NCBI GenBank assembly: GCA_000002445.1
Contig: CP000070.1
Span: 1,248,001 to 1,312,000, forward strand
Direction: 5' to 3'
Length of the DNA stretch: 64,000 bases
Source of the DNA: Trypanosoma brucei
Lineage: Eukaryota
Under the pieces are notes generated by a model. That model ran no database searches and was not told the origin of the DNA. It saw nothing but the letters and a program-made list of their open reading frames with translations. The position numbers and the translations under genes were made by a program. This document shows, in pieces, positions 43,401-53,245 of this stretch (positions within the stretch are counted from its first letter, which is position 1; every line of letters starts with the position of its first letter).

Positions 43401-44746
43401 TGGTAGTAGTAGCCAATAACCCACATGATGCCCTCAATGTAGTGTAGTCTTAGTTTGGCCATATCTTCCCCTTGTGGATCCCACCCCATGGCAAACTGAT
43501 GCTTGTCTCGGTAGTAACGGTCTTTGTACTCCCTTAACGACTCCACAGTCGACGTTGATATTGTGGCAGCCCGGTGTTCGCCACATTGTTGTGCCATTCT
43601 TCGCTGATACTCCTGTTCCTGCGCCTCTCGAGCTTTAATTGTGGTGAATTCTAGGTCGGCAAGCCCCTGCAGCCACCCCTCCACGGCTCGCCAGTCAATG
43701 CGTCCCATGTCGGTTAGGTACGTGTGGGCCAACAGCACCCGCTGCGCGTAAAGGTCAAGCATTTGCACCAAACTTCCATCGTGGATACCAAGCGTTGGGA
43801 TACTCGGTAGAAAATCATTACCGATAAAAAAGCACATGAGCACGAAGTCGTCTACAACTCGCTCTAGGTCGTAGTTGGTCGGGAGCTTGTCACCAAGCCT
43901 CTCGCGAACCTCAAGGTCGAGATAATCACGCAAGACATTCACATGAAACAAAACAAACTCGTCAGGCTTCTGATAAGACTTGTCAGCCACAATGCCGTCT
44001 GATTCGTCCTGCTCACGCTGTTCACGTGCCCGCCGCGATTCCTGGCCAAACCCAAAGGTCACCACCTCACGCAACAGCACAAAATGAGGCTCGTGAGTAG
44101 CGAGCGCTAGCATGACGAGATCTGCATCAAGTCCGTACATGCAGTGCGTTTCGTTCGGACCGTAGTCCGGCTGCATCTTCCTCCGACGGATAAATTCAAC
44201 AATTTTATGCTCACCCTCACCGGGGTGGTCATGGCCCGAGTAGATAACGCTACAGTTTTGCCACGCAGGGTCCGTCGACATCTTCATCATGATAAAGTAT
44301 TGAAAATGTTCACTTATGCGCACCATGAAGTCCGTTCCCGGGGTAATGCAGTTACTGTCAAACACATCAGCTTCCTCGGGAAGTTCCTCGCCGCGAGATA
44401 AAGCCTCCTCCCGTGCAACCATCATTTCGTACCCACTGCGGTAACGCCGCTGCCGTTGCTGGTTCATCTTGGCTCGTGGGGCCACGCCATCAACGGCAAG
44501 GAAGAAGCACTTTCGGGGCTGAATCGCATTGAAAAGTTTTTCCAAGTACGAAAACATGGCCTCGACCATAGCCTTCTCCGTGGGCGCTTTGTGTGTGGCA
44601 TCCGCATCATTGGGATGTGTGCAGTTGTGAATAATACCATTCATATCCAGGTACAGATTATCAACTGGAGGTGGAAAATCACGAAATGGGGTGATCACTG
44701 AGGGGTAGCGCTCCGCTACCCATCGAAAGAATTTTGGAACACCCAT
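40490..44746 (-). CDS. XRNA: 5'-3' exoribonuclease, XRN1 family (kinetoplastid XRNA)
   Basis: 1418 aa with a verified ATG. The N-terminal XRN catalytic core reads MGVPKFFRWVAERYP...LYLDMNGIIHNC...FLAVDGVAPRAKMNQQRQRR...GEGEHKI, with the conserved acidic residues of the XRN_N domain. The long C-terminal Ser/Gly/Pro-rich tail is typical of divergent XRN1 C-termini. Confidence 0.92.
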   Translation of the reverse strand: MGVPKFFRWVAERYPSVITPFRDFPPPVDNLYLDMNGIIHNCTHPNDADATHKAPTEKAMVEAMFSYLEKLFNAIQPRKCFFLAVDGVAPRAKMNQQRQRRYRSGYEMMVAREEALSRGEELPEEADVFDSNCITPGTDFMVRISEHFQYFIMMKMSTDPAWQNCSVIYSGHDHPGEGEHKIVEFIRRRKMQPDYGPNETHCMYGLDADLVMLALATHEPHFVLLREVVTFGFGQESRRAREQREQDESDGIVADKSYQKPDEFVLFHVNVLRDYLDLEVRERLGDKLPTNYDLERVVDDFVLMCFFIGNDFLPSIPTLGIHDGSLVQMLDLYAQRVLLAHTYLTDMGRIDWRAVEGWLQGLADLEFTTIKAREAQEQEYQRRMAQQCGEHRAATISTSTVESLREYKDRYYRDKHQFAMGWDPQGEDMAKLRLHYIEGIMWVIGYYYQGPPSWKWYFPHHYAPMASDLVNLPAVAACVKFDPGKPFLPHQQLLAVLPPMSYRSMPRAYWPLLRSKNSPLARYFPEKLQIDREGTRAPWEGVVLIPFIEERTLLAAYETVQDRVTPEERKNNRLGLPTLYAYDPTIEAYEVPNSLFGPLRRTTVRRDAFDFPPLTKFIPRLCTGVCTGEQQFEGFTTLRSKWRYITPQRESGVVTIFGMPARGESLLLGLKDSFNAIAAHEVATLVGQEVLVGFPHYRRARVVAVSDKRVHISANINLEGVSCGANVRELNRDASMNIAKELETHRQCMREKLGMSVSNLTVLVYVNLFTGMRMTRKGRVVRNFSKDQTCYALPLVARLQDVKLTEDSRYVERDRVEWDNRFGSRVILVGAEPKSMKGKDQQLYGSSGVVVRSSPDAEGTFTVAARVFQKPVSIPHVLLDYASSRNWVSMPDVSNEVRVGPLALKHLVGSVRTSPQYGCREIGLGLIYTRNNLVRIGYAKQTVRGGKAWGAPGGRLGAGLENSDDAFGRPVQDAAPAGHYLESLQKGESRPRSSRPMQYMTWFSRKAVVLIKTYVERFKPLVDRLESIASSPQALDPPQFMTGEWADNDVDDVLRSIEEFIESCGIQSVPLVAAQDDAFPREHVRMLEEELDRQGPRPLEDRMLSSVARRCLYFPVTRCAGGHISQLPLPQEQTVHLGSRVVNCRACGAAPFGATGTVVRLLSTGHDAEVVYDDPFVGGSYFDGRLRQPRGSISKLSTLLVLNKPSGDESESSQGQNGSVVQNLKSICKKLQQKEDDHDQQQQHGRGVGIPSTEGTPSIPKPRSAMGETSASGIAAGRNVVSPSSLTVSGGSGGIQVAELMGKLASSKATSPDAGLNICGATYAPTVASNKLPVAPRSVTTTAAPGSGTFSVPLPRTSGNANRTNSGDGEGDKGCRKPGFSFTVPSEVLNGEFQIRPGEGALLLKRMISQHLSGDRKR

Positions 44747-45067
44747 GTCTACACGTATATATAAACTGTTTCGCTATCAGAATCTCTCTTATTTGAGAAT
44801 CTCTCACCTTTTCTTTGCTCACCCTTCAGGTTTCTTCTTTTTGCAGTTTGGTAATCACCAACCACCTGACGCACTCAATCCTTTCACGTTCCACTTCGTT
44901 CGTTTCCTCTCCTTTTGCTTCCCCCCAATACTCTGTGACAGAAGGCGTATACCTGGGTTGGAGGGAACGAAAATAATAGGGAAGCACTTTATTGTTTCTC
45001 CTCTCGTTTTCCTCTTCCTTATGAATCTCCCACTATGTTGTTGTTGTTTTCTTTTTTCTTGGGTTGG

Positions 45068-45089
45068 CTCTCTCTCTCTCTCTCTCTCT
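45068..45089. repeat. (CT)11 microsatellite
   Basis: ctctctctctctctctctctct. Confidence 0.95.
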
Positions 45090-46951
45090 TCGTCCCTCCT
45101 GTCCTTTCGCAGCCGCAAAACGTCCGCTTTTTTTTTTTGCTTCTTTCGTTCGTCCTCGATTGTTTCCTCTTTCCTCGTCCCTCTTTCACCACACCTTTCT
45201 CCGTCTGTCTTCCTGTAATGCAACTTCTTTTTTTTCCTTTGTATTTCTTTTCCCTAGTCCCTTACCCTCAGTAATTTGGCCTCGCGCTACGAGCGGACAA
45301 AACACGCCAAAAAAAAGGTCAGCACGTGGCCCACAACAATAGCAAAGATTTTACCCGTTTTCTCTTTTCTTCTCTCTTCTTTAACCCACTCTTTTCTCTC
45401 CCACGCCGATTAATGGGAGTAAGGGGAAAGAGAGACCAACGGAATATAGTACAAGAAAATAAAGGGAAATAAAGCACCCGGGAGGGGGAAAAAACAAATG
45501 GAAGTAAAGGTGGAAGGAATAAACAACGACTACCACCGACCGGCTGCGCTAACTGTAGAAATCTATGTAGATATCTATATACAGCCACTGCGAAAGTGTC
45601 CGAGTCTTCGCTTGTCTTCTTTTTATCTTTATCCTTGTTTTTCTCTTTTTTTTTCTCTTTTCCCTATTTTAACCCTATTGTTCTTTCGTCGGCGGCCCCA
45701 CTATTAAAATCTTCCAAGGTCCTGTCAAGTGGTAGCTAACGACAAATGGTAAAGTAGGAAGGAGAACCGAGCGAACGAAAGACGAAAACAAGAAGTCTAC
45801 TCCCTGTTCTGCCCTCTTTTATTTATTTTTTTTACAATATATATTACTCCTTCTTTACACAGGAGAAACAAATGTGACGGTCCCAAAGAAGAGAAGTGCA
45901 ACCGGAAGCTGCTCTACCGAGGCACAGAACAAGAGTAAAGAGAAGAATCAAATGAAGAACAAAACAAAACCAAAAAAAAGAGGCTGGTCTGTTTGCTTCC
46001 AGTGACAACAAAAGAAAAAAGTGTAAGGAAACTGAGGGAATTATAACAATAATCTCAAGAAAACAAAACAACAACAAAAGTGAAAAGGTAATGAACACAA
46101 AAGTCTGAAAACGAAGGGTTGTGTATGTGTGTGGGGAGGGAAAGTATTCTCCCTGTTACAAAACTTTAAAAAGTCTTTTAGCGTTAATGTGTGATACAAG
46201 CACGCCTAATAACTAGAAAAAAACTAGCGGAAAGGAAAAGAAGAGAAGAGATACGAAAACGACCGAAGATGAGATCGCAGTGAAAGATGAGACTTTGGCG
46301 CACAAAAACAATTAAGCAGTGATCATATTATTGAAAAGTGATACATCAGTGCAAACATCACGTGAAAGAAGGGATGATGATACATTTAACGAGAGAAAAA
46401 AGTAAATGAAATAGAAAACAGAATTGAAAATCAGTCAGATCCTACGCCGGGAAGAATAACCGCGCCTCATTCTAACATGAAGTGCACGAAGAAAAAACAA
46501 AAAGGGGTAAAAGGAGGGAAGAAGGGGGGCAAAAAATTGCAGAAATTGAAAGCGGCAAAGTGGTAAACACAAAAAAATGGGAATAACAACACAAAATACA
46601 GCCAAATTTTTTCAAAATGGTTGTTTATGTGTTGTCATGTAACGGAACTGCAGAAGGAGGAGGTCCTTACACAAACGCCCACCAGCGAACATCTTCACCT
46701 CTTCTTTCCTTTAATTTCGTCCGTTCATGCGTCCCTTCCTCCGAGTGCCTTCCCCGCCAATATCACGTACGAAGATACTTCGCATTTCCCAGCATGCGTT
46801 ACTCCCTACCCCGCGCGTCCCACTCTCTAATCTTCTAACAAGTGTGTAAAGTTTGTTGTCCTTCGTTTACGATTTTGGCACCCCCTCTATCTCACCTCCC
46901 TCGCGCACCCACTCTACATGACTGCAGGAATACTCTCCACAGCGGATTACA

Positions 46952-48061
46952 TCAGTCCACCAGCACCTGGACCTGCTTTTCGCGCTCTTGGCTCCGCCCA
47001 ACAGGCGAATCCGACGACCCCTTCCCGTTTCCGGCTCCGCAATGTCTCCGTGGTGACCGCAAAGCCGGGCTTGTTGTGGCTCCTCCCTGTTCCGCACCCT
47101 CGGCAACCGCCTCCCCACTCACCAACGGGAGTTCGCCACCGTCCCGTGTATCCATACCAGCATCAGCGCAGGCGCCCTTGACACTGTGGTCACACGGAAA
47201 TCGCGGAACCCGTGCGTGCCGCTTCCCCACAATATTGCTGCCTGACTTAAGGGTCCCCTTCTTGGTGTATTCAAAGTTAACGGTGCGGTTGCGGTGGTCA
47301 ATCTCAGCTCCCCGCGCCAGATCCATCGTGTAGTCACCCACTTGGTACACTTCTGCGCAGTGGCAGTGCCTGCTGTTCACCCCGCCGCTCACCTCATCAC
47401 GAAGATACGCCCTGGGACGGTAGTCGCAACTGCCCTTCATAAAGTCGCTCTTTACATCACGCACACCCTGAGGATGATCGTTAGTGCGTAGCAAGAACGC
47501 GTTGTGACTCATGGGCGTAAAATCATAGCCAGCCTGGGAAAGCACAGGTGGTGGGCAGTTCTTGTACAGCACCTGAGGATGGAAACTGCGAGCCGGCGGG
47601 GTGCTGCCAGAAAGATGGTGGCCCCGCCCGTCTACGATGGCGCGCAGCCGGGGAAGCAGTGTAGAACGGTTCTTGAGCGTGCAGTCAAGTGTCTCCTTGT
47701 GGAAGACACCGTTAGGGTCGTATGTAGAAACGCCCTTCAATGTGCTTGGATCGTTCGGATTAGTACGCACGAAGGACTCAAAGGAGCCACAGGAGAACTG
47801 GATGCGAGCCTTTAGGAACCCCCAGTGCTTTGTGTTGGCCTCTTCCACAGCGTCAAGCGCATCACGGTAAGTGGCACCATGCTTTAACACATGTGTTTGC
47901 CATCGAGCAAGTGGATGTACGCGTGTCGAAGTTGTGTTGATATCAGTCATGTTGTAGCCCTTCTTCCGGAGCTCCTTCTTTGGCGGAAGCACCAGAAGTG
48001 AGTAACTCACTGGCTGACTAAGCGAAGGTCCACAGAAAGAACCGGTGGTAGTGGAGAACAT
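46952..48061 (-). CDS. hypothetical protein
   Basis: 369 aa with a verified ATG. The N-terminal 270 aa look globular (HPLARWQTHVLKHGATYRDALDAVEEANTKHWGFLKARIQFSCGSFESFVRTNPND...). The C-terminal ~90 aa are Gly/Ala/Arg-rich and may be an over-extension of the frame. Confidence 0.5.
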   Translation of the reverse strand: MFSTTTGSFCGPSLSQPVSYSLLVLPPKKELRKKGYNMTDINTTSTRVHPLARWQTHVLKHGATYRDALDAVEEANTKHWGFLKARIQFSCGSFESFVRTNPNDPSTLKGVSTYDPNGVFHKETLDCTLKNRSTLLPRLRAIVDGRGHHLSGSTPPARSFHPQVLYKNCPPPVLSQAGYDFTPMSHNAFLLRTNDHPQGVRDVKSDFMKGSCDYRPRAYLRDEVSGGVNSRHCHCAEVYQVGDYTMDLARGAEIDHRNRTVNFEYTKKGTLKSGSNIVGKRHARVPRFPCDHSVKGACADAGMDTRDGGELPLVSGEAVAEGAEQGGATTSPALRSPRRHCGAGNGKGSSDSPVGRSQEREKQVQVLVD

Positions 48062-49056
48062 GCTTCTTTAGGATGCCCTTTCGCTTTATGTTTTCATGTG
48101 CACAAGAAGTGAATAAACAGAACGTAGGGGATAACAGCAACACAGCAAATATGAGGAGACAAAAATGCAAAACTGATCGGAAAAACAGAGTACGGCGAGG
48201 CCACAAAATTAGAAGAACTAAGGAGTAGGGTAGATCTCGCCTTTGATACGGGGAGGCACCCCGTGTACAAAGCACCAGAACGATTGTCAGAGAAAGGTCA
48301 AGATCGCGCAACAGGGTGGAGGAAAAAAAAAAAGGTATATCCTCAAAAACGGAAAAGCACTCAGATGGATATATAAGTGTGTATAGGTAGTGAAAAAACG
48401 GTGCCCACACGCCCCAACGCCGCCGCGAATACTGTGTGGAACCAAGCGCTCCCCGCAGTATTTAAAGTGTTGCTGAAACGTGGAAAAGAGCGTAGCATGG
48501 GCTAAACACAGCGCACAAATGTAGATACAAAAATATATAAGTCTGTATATATTACTCATTTGGTCACGCTTTTCATTTATATATCGAATGACAGTTATAG
48601 ACAAAGGGTAGGTAAAGAAATGGTGGTGAAATAAATCCATTAACTAACACATAAAAAAGAACATATTATCGAACCGAAGTATCTCACAGTCGCTTTTGTG
48701 GGAAAATAATAATGATAACAGTTAATATTCCCCCTGCACCAAAAATAAGGAAACTGAGAAGGAAAAAATAAACAAATCATAGAGTAGGGATGAAAAAGGA
48801 AAGCCCAACAAACCATTATTGAAACACTTTAGAATTAAAACACAATAGTCCACGTCCGCACCTGCAGACACTACCCCCACTGAAAAAAAAAAAAGAGCAA
48901 AGGTCGCGCACAGAAAAATACAGCTATCACAAACCATTGCTATTTGTGGGGACAATGGTAGCAAATGTGTAGTCATTTTATCGCACCCAACGAGTCTCAA
49001 ATACTGCTGAAGGTTAAAACTCCTTTATGCAATAATTTGGCCATTCCGGTCTCATA

Positions 49057-51282
49057 CTACAGGAATGCTTCCAGGTCGAAAACGCTCAGCGGAGCTCTTC
49101 TCGACTGCGGGCCCCGTAACAGATCATTTAACGAGTCTACACGCTTCGCCATTTGTTTCTCTCCTAATGACGTGGTCTTCGAGGGCCAACCTTCCGCATA
49201 CGGCCACGGAAACTCACTCAGGGTGTCACAGTCCAGGACACTGTACTGCGCAGGTGCCTTTTTTTTGGGACGCCTTTGCTGTCGAGGCTGCAGGTTTCGG
49301 GTCGTATGACGCGTGCCCAATTGCCGAATATCCATCCGGATGGCTTTGCCCACAGCATCCGGTATTATATCCACATCATCGATAGCTAGCTGCCGCATTA
49401 ATGAGCCGACCCCGGGTGCGGTCTCAGTGCGGTCGAGTTCGACCTTCTCCCTGCACTCGATTAATTGCTGCTTTTTGAACCACTTGCCGCCACCACCACC
49501 ACCACTGGAGATCAGCGATGCGGCGTAACGCTTAAGGCACGGATGTGAAGATATTGCAAGACCATCCCTCACTGTGAAGTCCATCCCCACCTCTGCGGCT
49601 TGTCGTTTACGGCAGATCCAACCACCTGCGCCCACACTTCGTGTGTTTTGCTCGTGGTGCCCCGTCGCATCGTCATCGTCATAGCCATCCACCTCTTCAT
49701 CACTCCATAGCTCTTGGAAAAGGGGGTTTGGATCCGTTAAACGACCCACAGCAGCGGCCCCGACGCGTCCTCTCTTCATGCCAACACAGGGTCTTCCCGT
49801 CTCTACCTGCGTAAGGATCATATTTGACTCACAGTCGTGGTCTTCCTCAGCATCTTCTCGCTCCATCTCCCCCTGCATTCGACACCCACATTCCTGCTCT
49901 TCTCGCATTTCTTGCCCCTCTTCGGTTGCAGATCGCCCCGTTTGCTCACTGGGAAATCTCTCTGTCTCGTCATATCCTCGTCCCATTTTCTTTTCACAGC
50001 GGTGGTCTTTTTGTTTCGGGTTCGCGTACGCACTCCCTCGCTCAACGGACTTGCAGCTACACGCCGCCGGCTGCTCGCTCTCTCCCGATGGGGAAACATT
50101 GGAGGAGAGAGACAAAGTGGGGAGTGGCTTCAACCACACGACGCTTCGAATGAAGGCCGTGTGCTCCACGCAGCACATGCCCATCGCATATTGTAGCGTG
50201 CGAAGGGGCCCTAAAACAGGAAGCTCCTCCCGGTCGCTGTACAAAACAATGTGATTACAATGCTTTGCGTAAAATGCACGGACTGCGGCTTCGTCCCCAC
50301 AACTGTCAACCGCGTCGAGCAGCGACAAATCCAGAACGGCGCAACCTTGGGTAAAAGGCAGAAACACACGTACCTCATCGTAGAGAAATTGCTGGACGAC
50401 GACAAACGTTGTACCAGCAAACAGTCGCTGCCGTCTTTCCTTTAGTGACGAATCCGAGAGCACAACCTTCAACCCCGCCGAAATCTCACCTGCCGCGGGT
50501 GGTGCTCTGTTGTCTGACACAAAAATTTCGCTGCTCTCGCTACTCAGAAGTGCAGACCACGAGCTGTCAACTGATGGAAAATATGCACGTGGGTCCTGAA
50601 GCTCCTTTTGCGGGTTGCTCTCCCTGCCCTCCTGCAGCACCTTGAAGTACTCAGGGGTTACAATGTGCGAGGAGAAACGACACAACACAGCAACGGCAGC
50701 GGGTGTTATGGTTAAGTGTGGGGTAACGAGATAATCTGCCAGAGCGATATCCGACACGGTTACAGCACCGCATCGGCTCATCCATTCATACATGCATCCA
50801 TCGTTGTAGTCGACTGTGAAGACGCGCATGGGGCTCCATCTCAAAGAAAGGGTCGTACCACGAGCCCCCAAAGTCATGGAAAACCCCCTCCACAGCGCAG
50901 AGTTAACAGGAACACAACACGAATCACCCCTGGACAATTTAACACGCGTCGGAGTGGCACCGGAGAGTTGAACATCCCTCTCCACGGCGTGCGTACTGTC
51001 ATTGTCACCGTCGATGCCGCCACGATTGGGGGAAGAGCGAAGTTCGGTACCGTACTTTGATGTGTCGGTGACAATAAGAGGCAGAAGATCCTTTCCCTCC
51101 TCGTTGCTGAGCTCCTGAGGTTGGGCAAGTGAGGGAAGCAATCCTACCCTTAAAGTGAGATGCTTTCTGCTGATACTGGGATCCCCCGCCAGCGTTATGT
51201 GACACTCCTTGCTACCTACCGTGTAAGTGGCGCCCCCCACAAGCCAAAAGCGGGCCTGACCATTCATAAACACGATCCACAT
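49057..51282 (-). CDS. NBS1: NBS1/nibrin homologue (MRN complex subunit): N-terminal FHA domain followed by a BRCT-like region
   Basis: 741 aa with a verified ATG. FHA: MWIVFMNGQARFWLVGGATYTVGSKECHITLAGDPSISRKHLTLRV (human nibrin [50 protein letters not shown]), then IVTDTSKYGTEL against LKDNSKYGTFVN with an exact SKYGT match. In the BRCT1 region, RFSSHIVTPEYFKVLQEG aligns with RPIVKPEYFTEFLKAVE. The remainder is acidic and Ser-rich, as in nibrins. Confidence 0.8.
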   Translation of the reverse strand: MWIVFMNGQARFWLVGGATYTVGSKECHITLAGDPSISRKHLTLRVGLLPSLAQPQELSNEEGKDLLPLIVTDTSKYGTELRSSPNRGGIDGDNDSTHAVERDVQLSGATPTRVKLSRGDSCCVPVNSALWRGFSMTLGARGTTLSLRWSPMRVFTVDYNDGCMYEWMSRCGAVTVSDIALADYLVTPHLTITPAAVAVLCRFSSHIVTPEYFKVLQEGRESNPQKELQDPRAYFPSVDSSWSALLSSESSEIFVSDNRAPPAAGEISAGLKVVLSDSSLKERRQRLFAGTTFVVVQQFLYDEVRVFLPFTQGCAVLDLSLLDAVDSCGDEAAVRAFYAKHCNHIVLYSDREELPVLGPLRTLQYAMGMCCVEHTAFIRSVVWLKPLPTLSLSSNVSPSGESEQPAACSCKSVERGSAYANPKQKDHRCEKKMGRGYDETERFPSEQTGRSATEEGQEMREEQECGCRMQGEMEREDAEEDHDCESNMILTQVETGRPCVGMKRGRVGAAAVGRLTDPNPLFQELWSDEEVDGYDDDDATGHHEQNTRSVGAGGWICRKRQAAEVGMDFTVRDGLAISSHPCLKRYAASLISSGGGGGGKWFKKQQLIECREKVELDRTETAPGVGSLMRQLAIDDVDIIPDAVGKAIRMDIRQLGTRHTTRNLQPRQQRRPKKKAPAQYSVLDCDTLSEFPWPYAEGWPSKTTSLGEKQMAKRVDSLNDLLRGPQSRRAPLSVFDLEAFL

Positions 51283-51363
51283 GGCAATTTTTCAACGCTG
51301 ACAGGCACCAACCAGCAATTATTTCTTGCCAAATCTTCCTTGCCCTGCCAAGCAAATCACACA

Positions 51364-51415
51364 TTGATAAAGAAGAAAAAAAAGAAGCCAGTCCAGGGAG
51401 GTGAAACAATGGGAA
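51364..51415 (-). promoter_or_regulatory. polypyrimidine tract and probable SL acceptor region upstream of the NBS1 gene
   Basis: The plus strand is purine-rich (gataaagaagaaaaaaaagaagccagtccagggaggtgaaacaatgggaaa), so the minus strand carries a pyrimidine tract 80-130 nt upstream of the ATG. Confidence 0.35.
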
Positions 51416-51604
51416 ACTAATGAGTAAAAGAAACATTTAATGATACTTATTTCGTATAACATTAAAGAAGCTACACGAGTGCTCGCCTGGGGTGCCCCCG
51501 TCTTAACAATGACCTTTGGACAAGTATGCGACGACAACGCAGCATCAGCCTCCTCTGTTACCTTTACAAGGAACCCATCTTCCTCATGTCCCATTCCACC
51601 TGTT

Positions 51605-52024
51605 CTAAGACACCTTCAAGCCAACAATCAGAGAAGCGATTACGGCAAGTGCACCACACCCAAGAACCCAAGAAAGAAACACCTGGTCGCCGACATCATC
51701 AGGACACATGGACAACTCAGATATGCAACTGCTCCCGGGAGCCGTAGTATTCGGGAAGACACAGGCGATTCCACCCTCCATCGTAGGGCAAAAAAGTCCA
51801 CCATTTTTAATGCAATCACCACAAGAAACCTCTTGAAGAAAGCAATCAGTGAAATTTAAGCAAGCAGTGCCACCACAGGAGCAATCACCCTGCGTTTCAC
51901 ATGTCATATCCACAGGGCACCAGCGATTTGATTCGTTGACTGACGTACACTGGGTGCACGATGAAGGCAGAGCACCACCCAGTATAGAAACACCCATTAA
52001 CATCAGTGTCTGCAGTAATAACAT
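51605..52024 (-). CDS. small Cys-rich secreted/surface protein with PSI-domain-like Cys pattern and C-terminal hydrophobic tail (TM or GPI signal)
   Basis: The ORF-track start at 52030 is TTG. The ATG is at 52022-52024 (139 aa). Signal peptide: MLLLQTLMLMGVSILGGALP. A 12-Cys ectodomain contains CTQCTSVNESNRWCPVDMTC (the PSI-type C-x2-C-x9-WC-x5-C pattern) plus NxT/S sequons. The protein ends in the hydrophobic tail VFLSWVLGCGALAVIASLIVGLKVS with no cytoplasmic residues. Confidence 0.6.
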   Translation of the reverse strand: MLLLQTLMLMGVSILGGALPSSCTQCTSVNESNRWCPVDMTCETQGDCSCGGTACLNFTDCFLQEVSCGDCIKNGGLFCPTMEGGIACVFPNTTAPGSSCISELSMCPDDVGDQVFLSWVLGCGALAVIASLIVGLKVS

Positions 52025-52339
52025 TGCCAATCTCGCCCTTTTTCGACGGCGGTGCTGTCAGAAGGTCACCGTTTATTGCTATTAACGAACACACCTTTGC
52101 CCTTAATCCTAAAACGGGTGTGAGCTTCAGTAGAACACACAAAAAAAACGGTGTAAGAAGGTGTCTAACGCGAAGGACGAGGGAAGACATGCCCAGCCAT
52201 CTGAGTGAGCACTTCAAAGATAGTGAGGAGGCTGCGAACAGTACAACGAAAATAACGCAGCCTTTCCTTTGGTTTACAGCCACAGAGAATCACTTGCGTC
52301 ATGTAACCAATCAGTGATGGCGTTCCTGTCTGTGCCACG

Positions 52340-53245
52340 TTAGCCAAAGGGCGATTCACAGGCCTCAACTGCCAAGCGGTCTGCCATTTCATTCCCATAC
52401 ACACCTGCGTGCCCCGGGACGTGCTTCAACTGCAACGCGACAGCGCGTGCAGCTATCGCTGCTAAACTAGCCTTGAAGCGGAACTCCATAGTGAAACGTT
52501 CCGCGCACCGGGATAAGTGCCTATTACGCAATTTCGTCAATTGACTCCACAAGTCGATGTTAGCAACGTCGCCTCCACCGGCAGTTTTAAAACCGTTGCG
52601 TTCCCACCGGTGCAAGTAGGAATTGACACCCATTACGGTGTACTTGCTATCACTGTATACACACAAATTGTAGCAAGGGTGAGAGTCCAACGCAACGCGC
52701 AAGACATGGATGAGCGCGGAGAGTTCCGCACGCTGATTGGTCTGGGGTTCGTGAGCTGGAAGAGGGAATTTAAAGTTACGGCTGTCACCGTCGCCATAGA
52801 ATCCACCGAAGCCAGCACGTGGTCGTCTTTCACGGCTTCGACTTCCGTTATTTCTGCAGGCCCCATCAACATACACAACAACCGCCTCCCGTTTCCGGGC
52901 CTCTACCCATTCTGGGGAGAGAACCTGCTGCTTACTTTCGTCATCCACTTCATTACCGTCATCCGCAGCATCCACCTCCACAGCATCTAACGTCACATCA
53001 AGTGAAAGCGCGCGCTTTACACCCACCAAAACAGGCGTGTGCGAGTCAGCCACAAGTGATGTGCCGACACTTCCCGGCTCAACGTCCTGCACCCCACTAG
53101 CATAGGCCTGCGCCTCCTGTAAAGTCAAAAAAGACTTAAAACGGGCTCCAGAGAACCCTGAGACCTGCTTCTGGCACTCCTCCCAGGTACTGAAAACACC
53201 GGTTTGTCTGCCAACCGCCACCGCGTAAAACCTTTTCTTTCCCAT
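52340..53245 (-). CDS. RNH1: ribonuclease H1 with N-terminal hybrid-binding (caulimovirus-viroplasmin-like) domain
   Basis: The ORF-track start at 53305 is TTG. The ATG is at 53243-53245 (302 aa). HBD: MGKKRFYAVAVGRQTGVFSTWEECQKQVSGFSGARFKSFLTLQEAQAYA (consensus FYAV..G...GI...W.EC...V.G...A..K.F.T..EA..F). The RNase H catalytic motifs are VVYVDGACRNNG (D), TNQRAELSALIHVL (E), YSDSKY (D) and a C-terminal HVPGHAGVYGNEMADRLA (H, D). Confidence 0.9.
   Translation of the reverse strand: MGKKRFYAVAVGRQTGVFSTWEECQKQVSGFSGARFKSFLTLQEAQAYASGVQDVEPGSVGTSLVADSHTPVLVGVKRALSLDVTLDAVEVDAADDGNEVDDESKQQVLSPEWVEARKREAVVVYVDGACRNNGSRSRERRPRAGFGGFYGDGDSRNFKFPLPAHEPQTNQRAELSALIHVLRVALDSHPCYNLCVYSDSKYTVMGVNSYLHRWERNGFKTAGGGDVANIDLWSQLTKLRNRHLSRCAERFTMEFRFKASLAAIAARAVALQLKHVPGHAGVYGNEMADRLAVEACESPFG

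Noticed and set aside
44745-45223. overlapping 157-aa plus-strand and 122-aa minus-strand ORFs just upstream of XRNA
   Set aside because: These are translations of a (CT)n/pyrimidine-rich tract. The products are Ser/Leu/Phe-rich (plus) or Lys/Arg/Glu-rich (minus) low-complexity artefacts.
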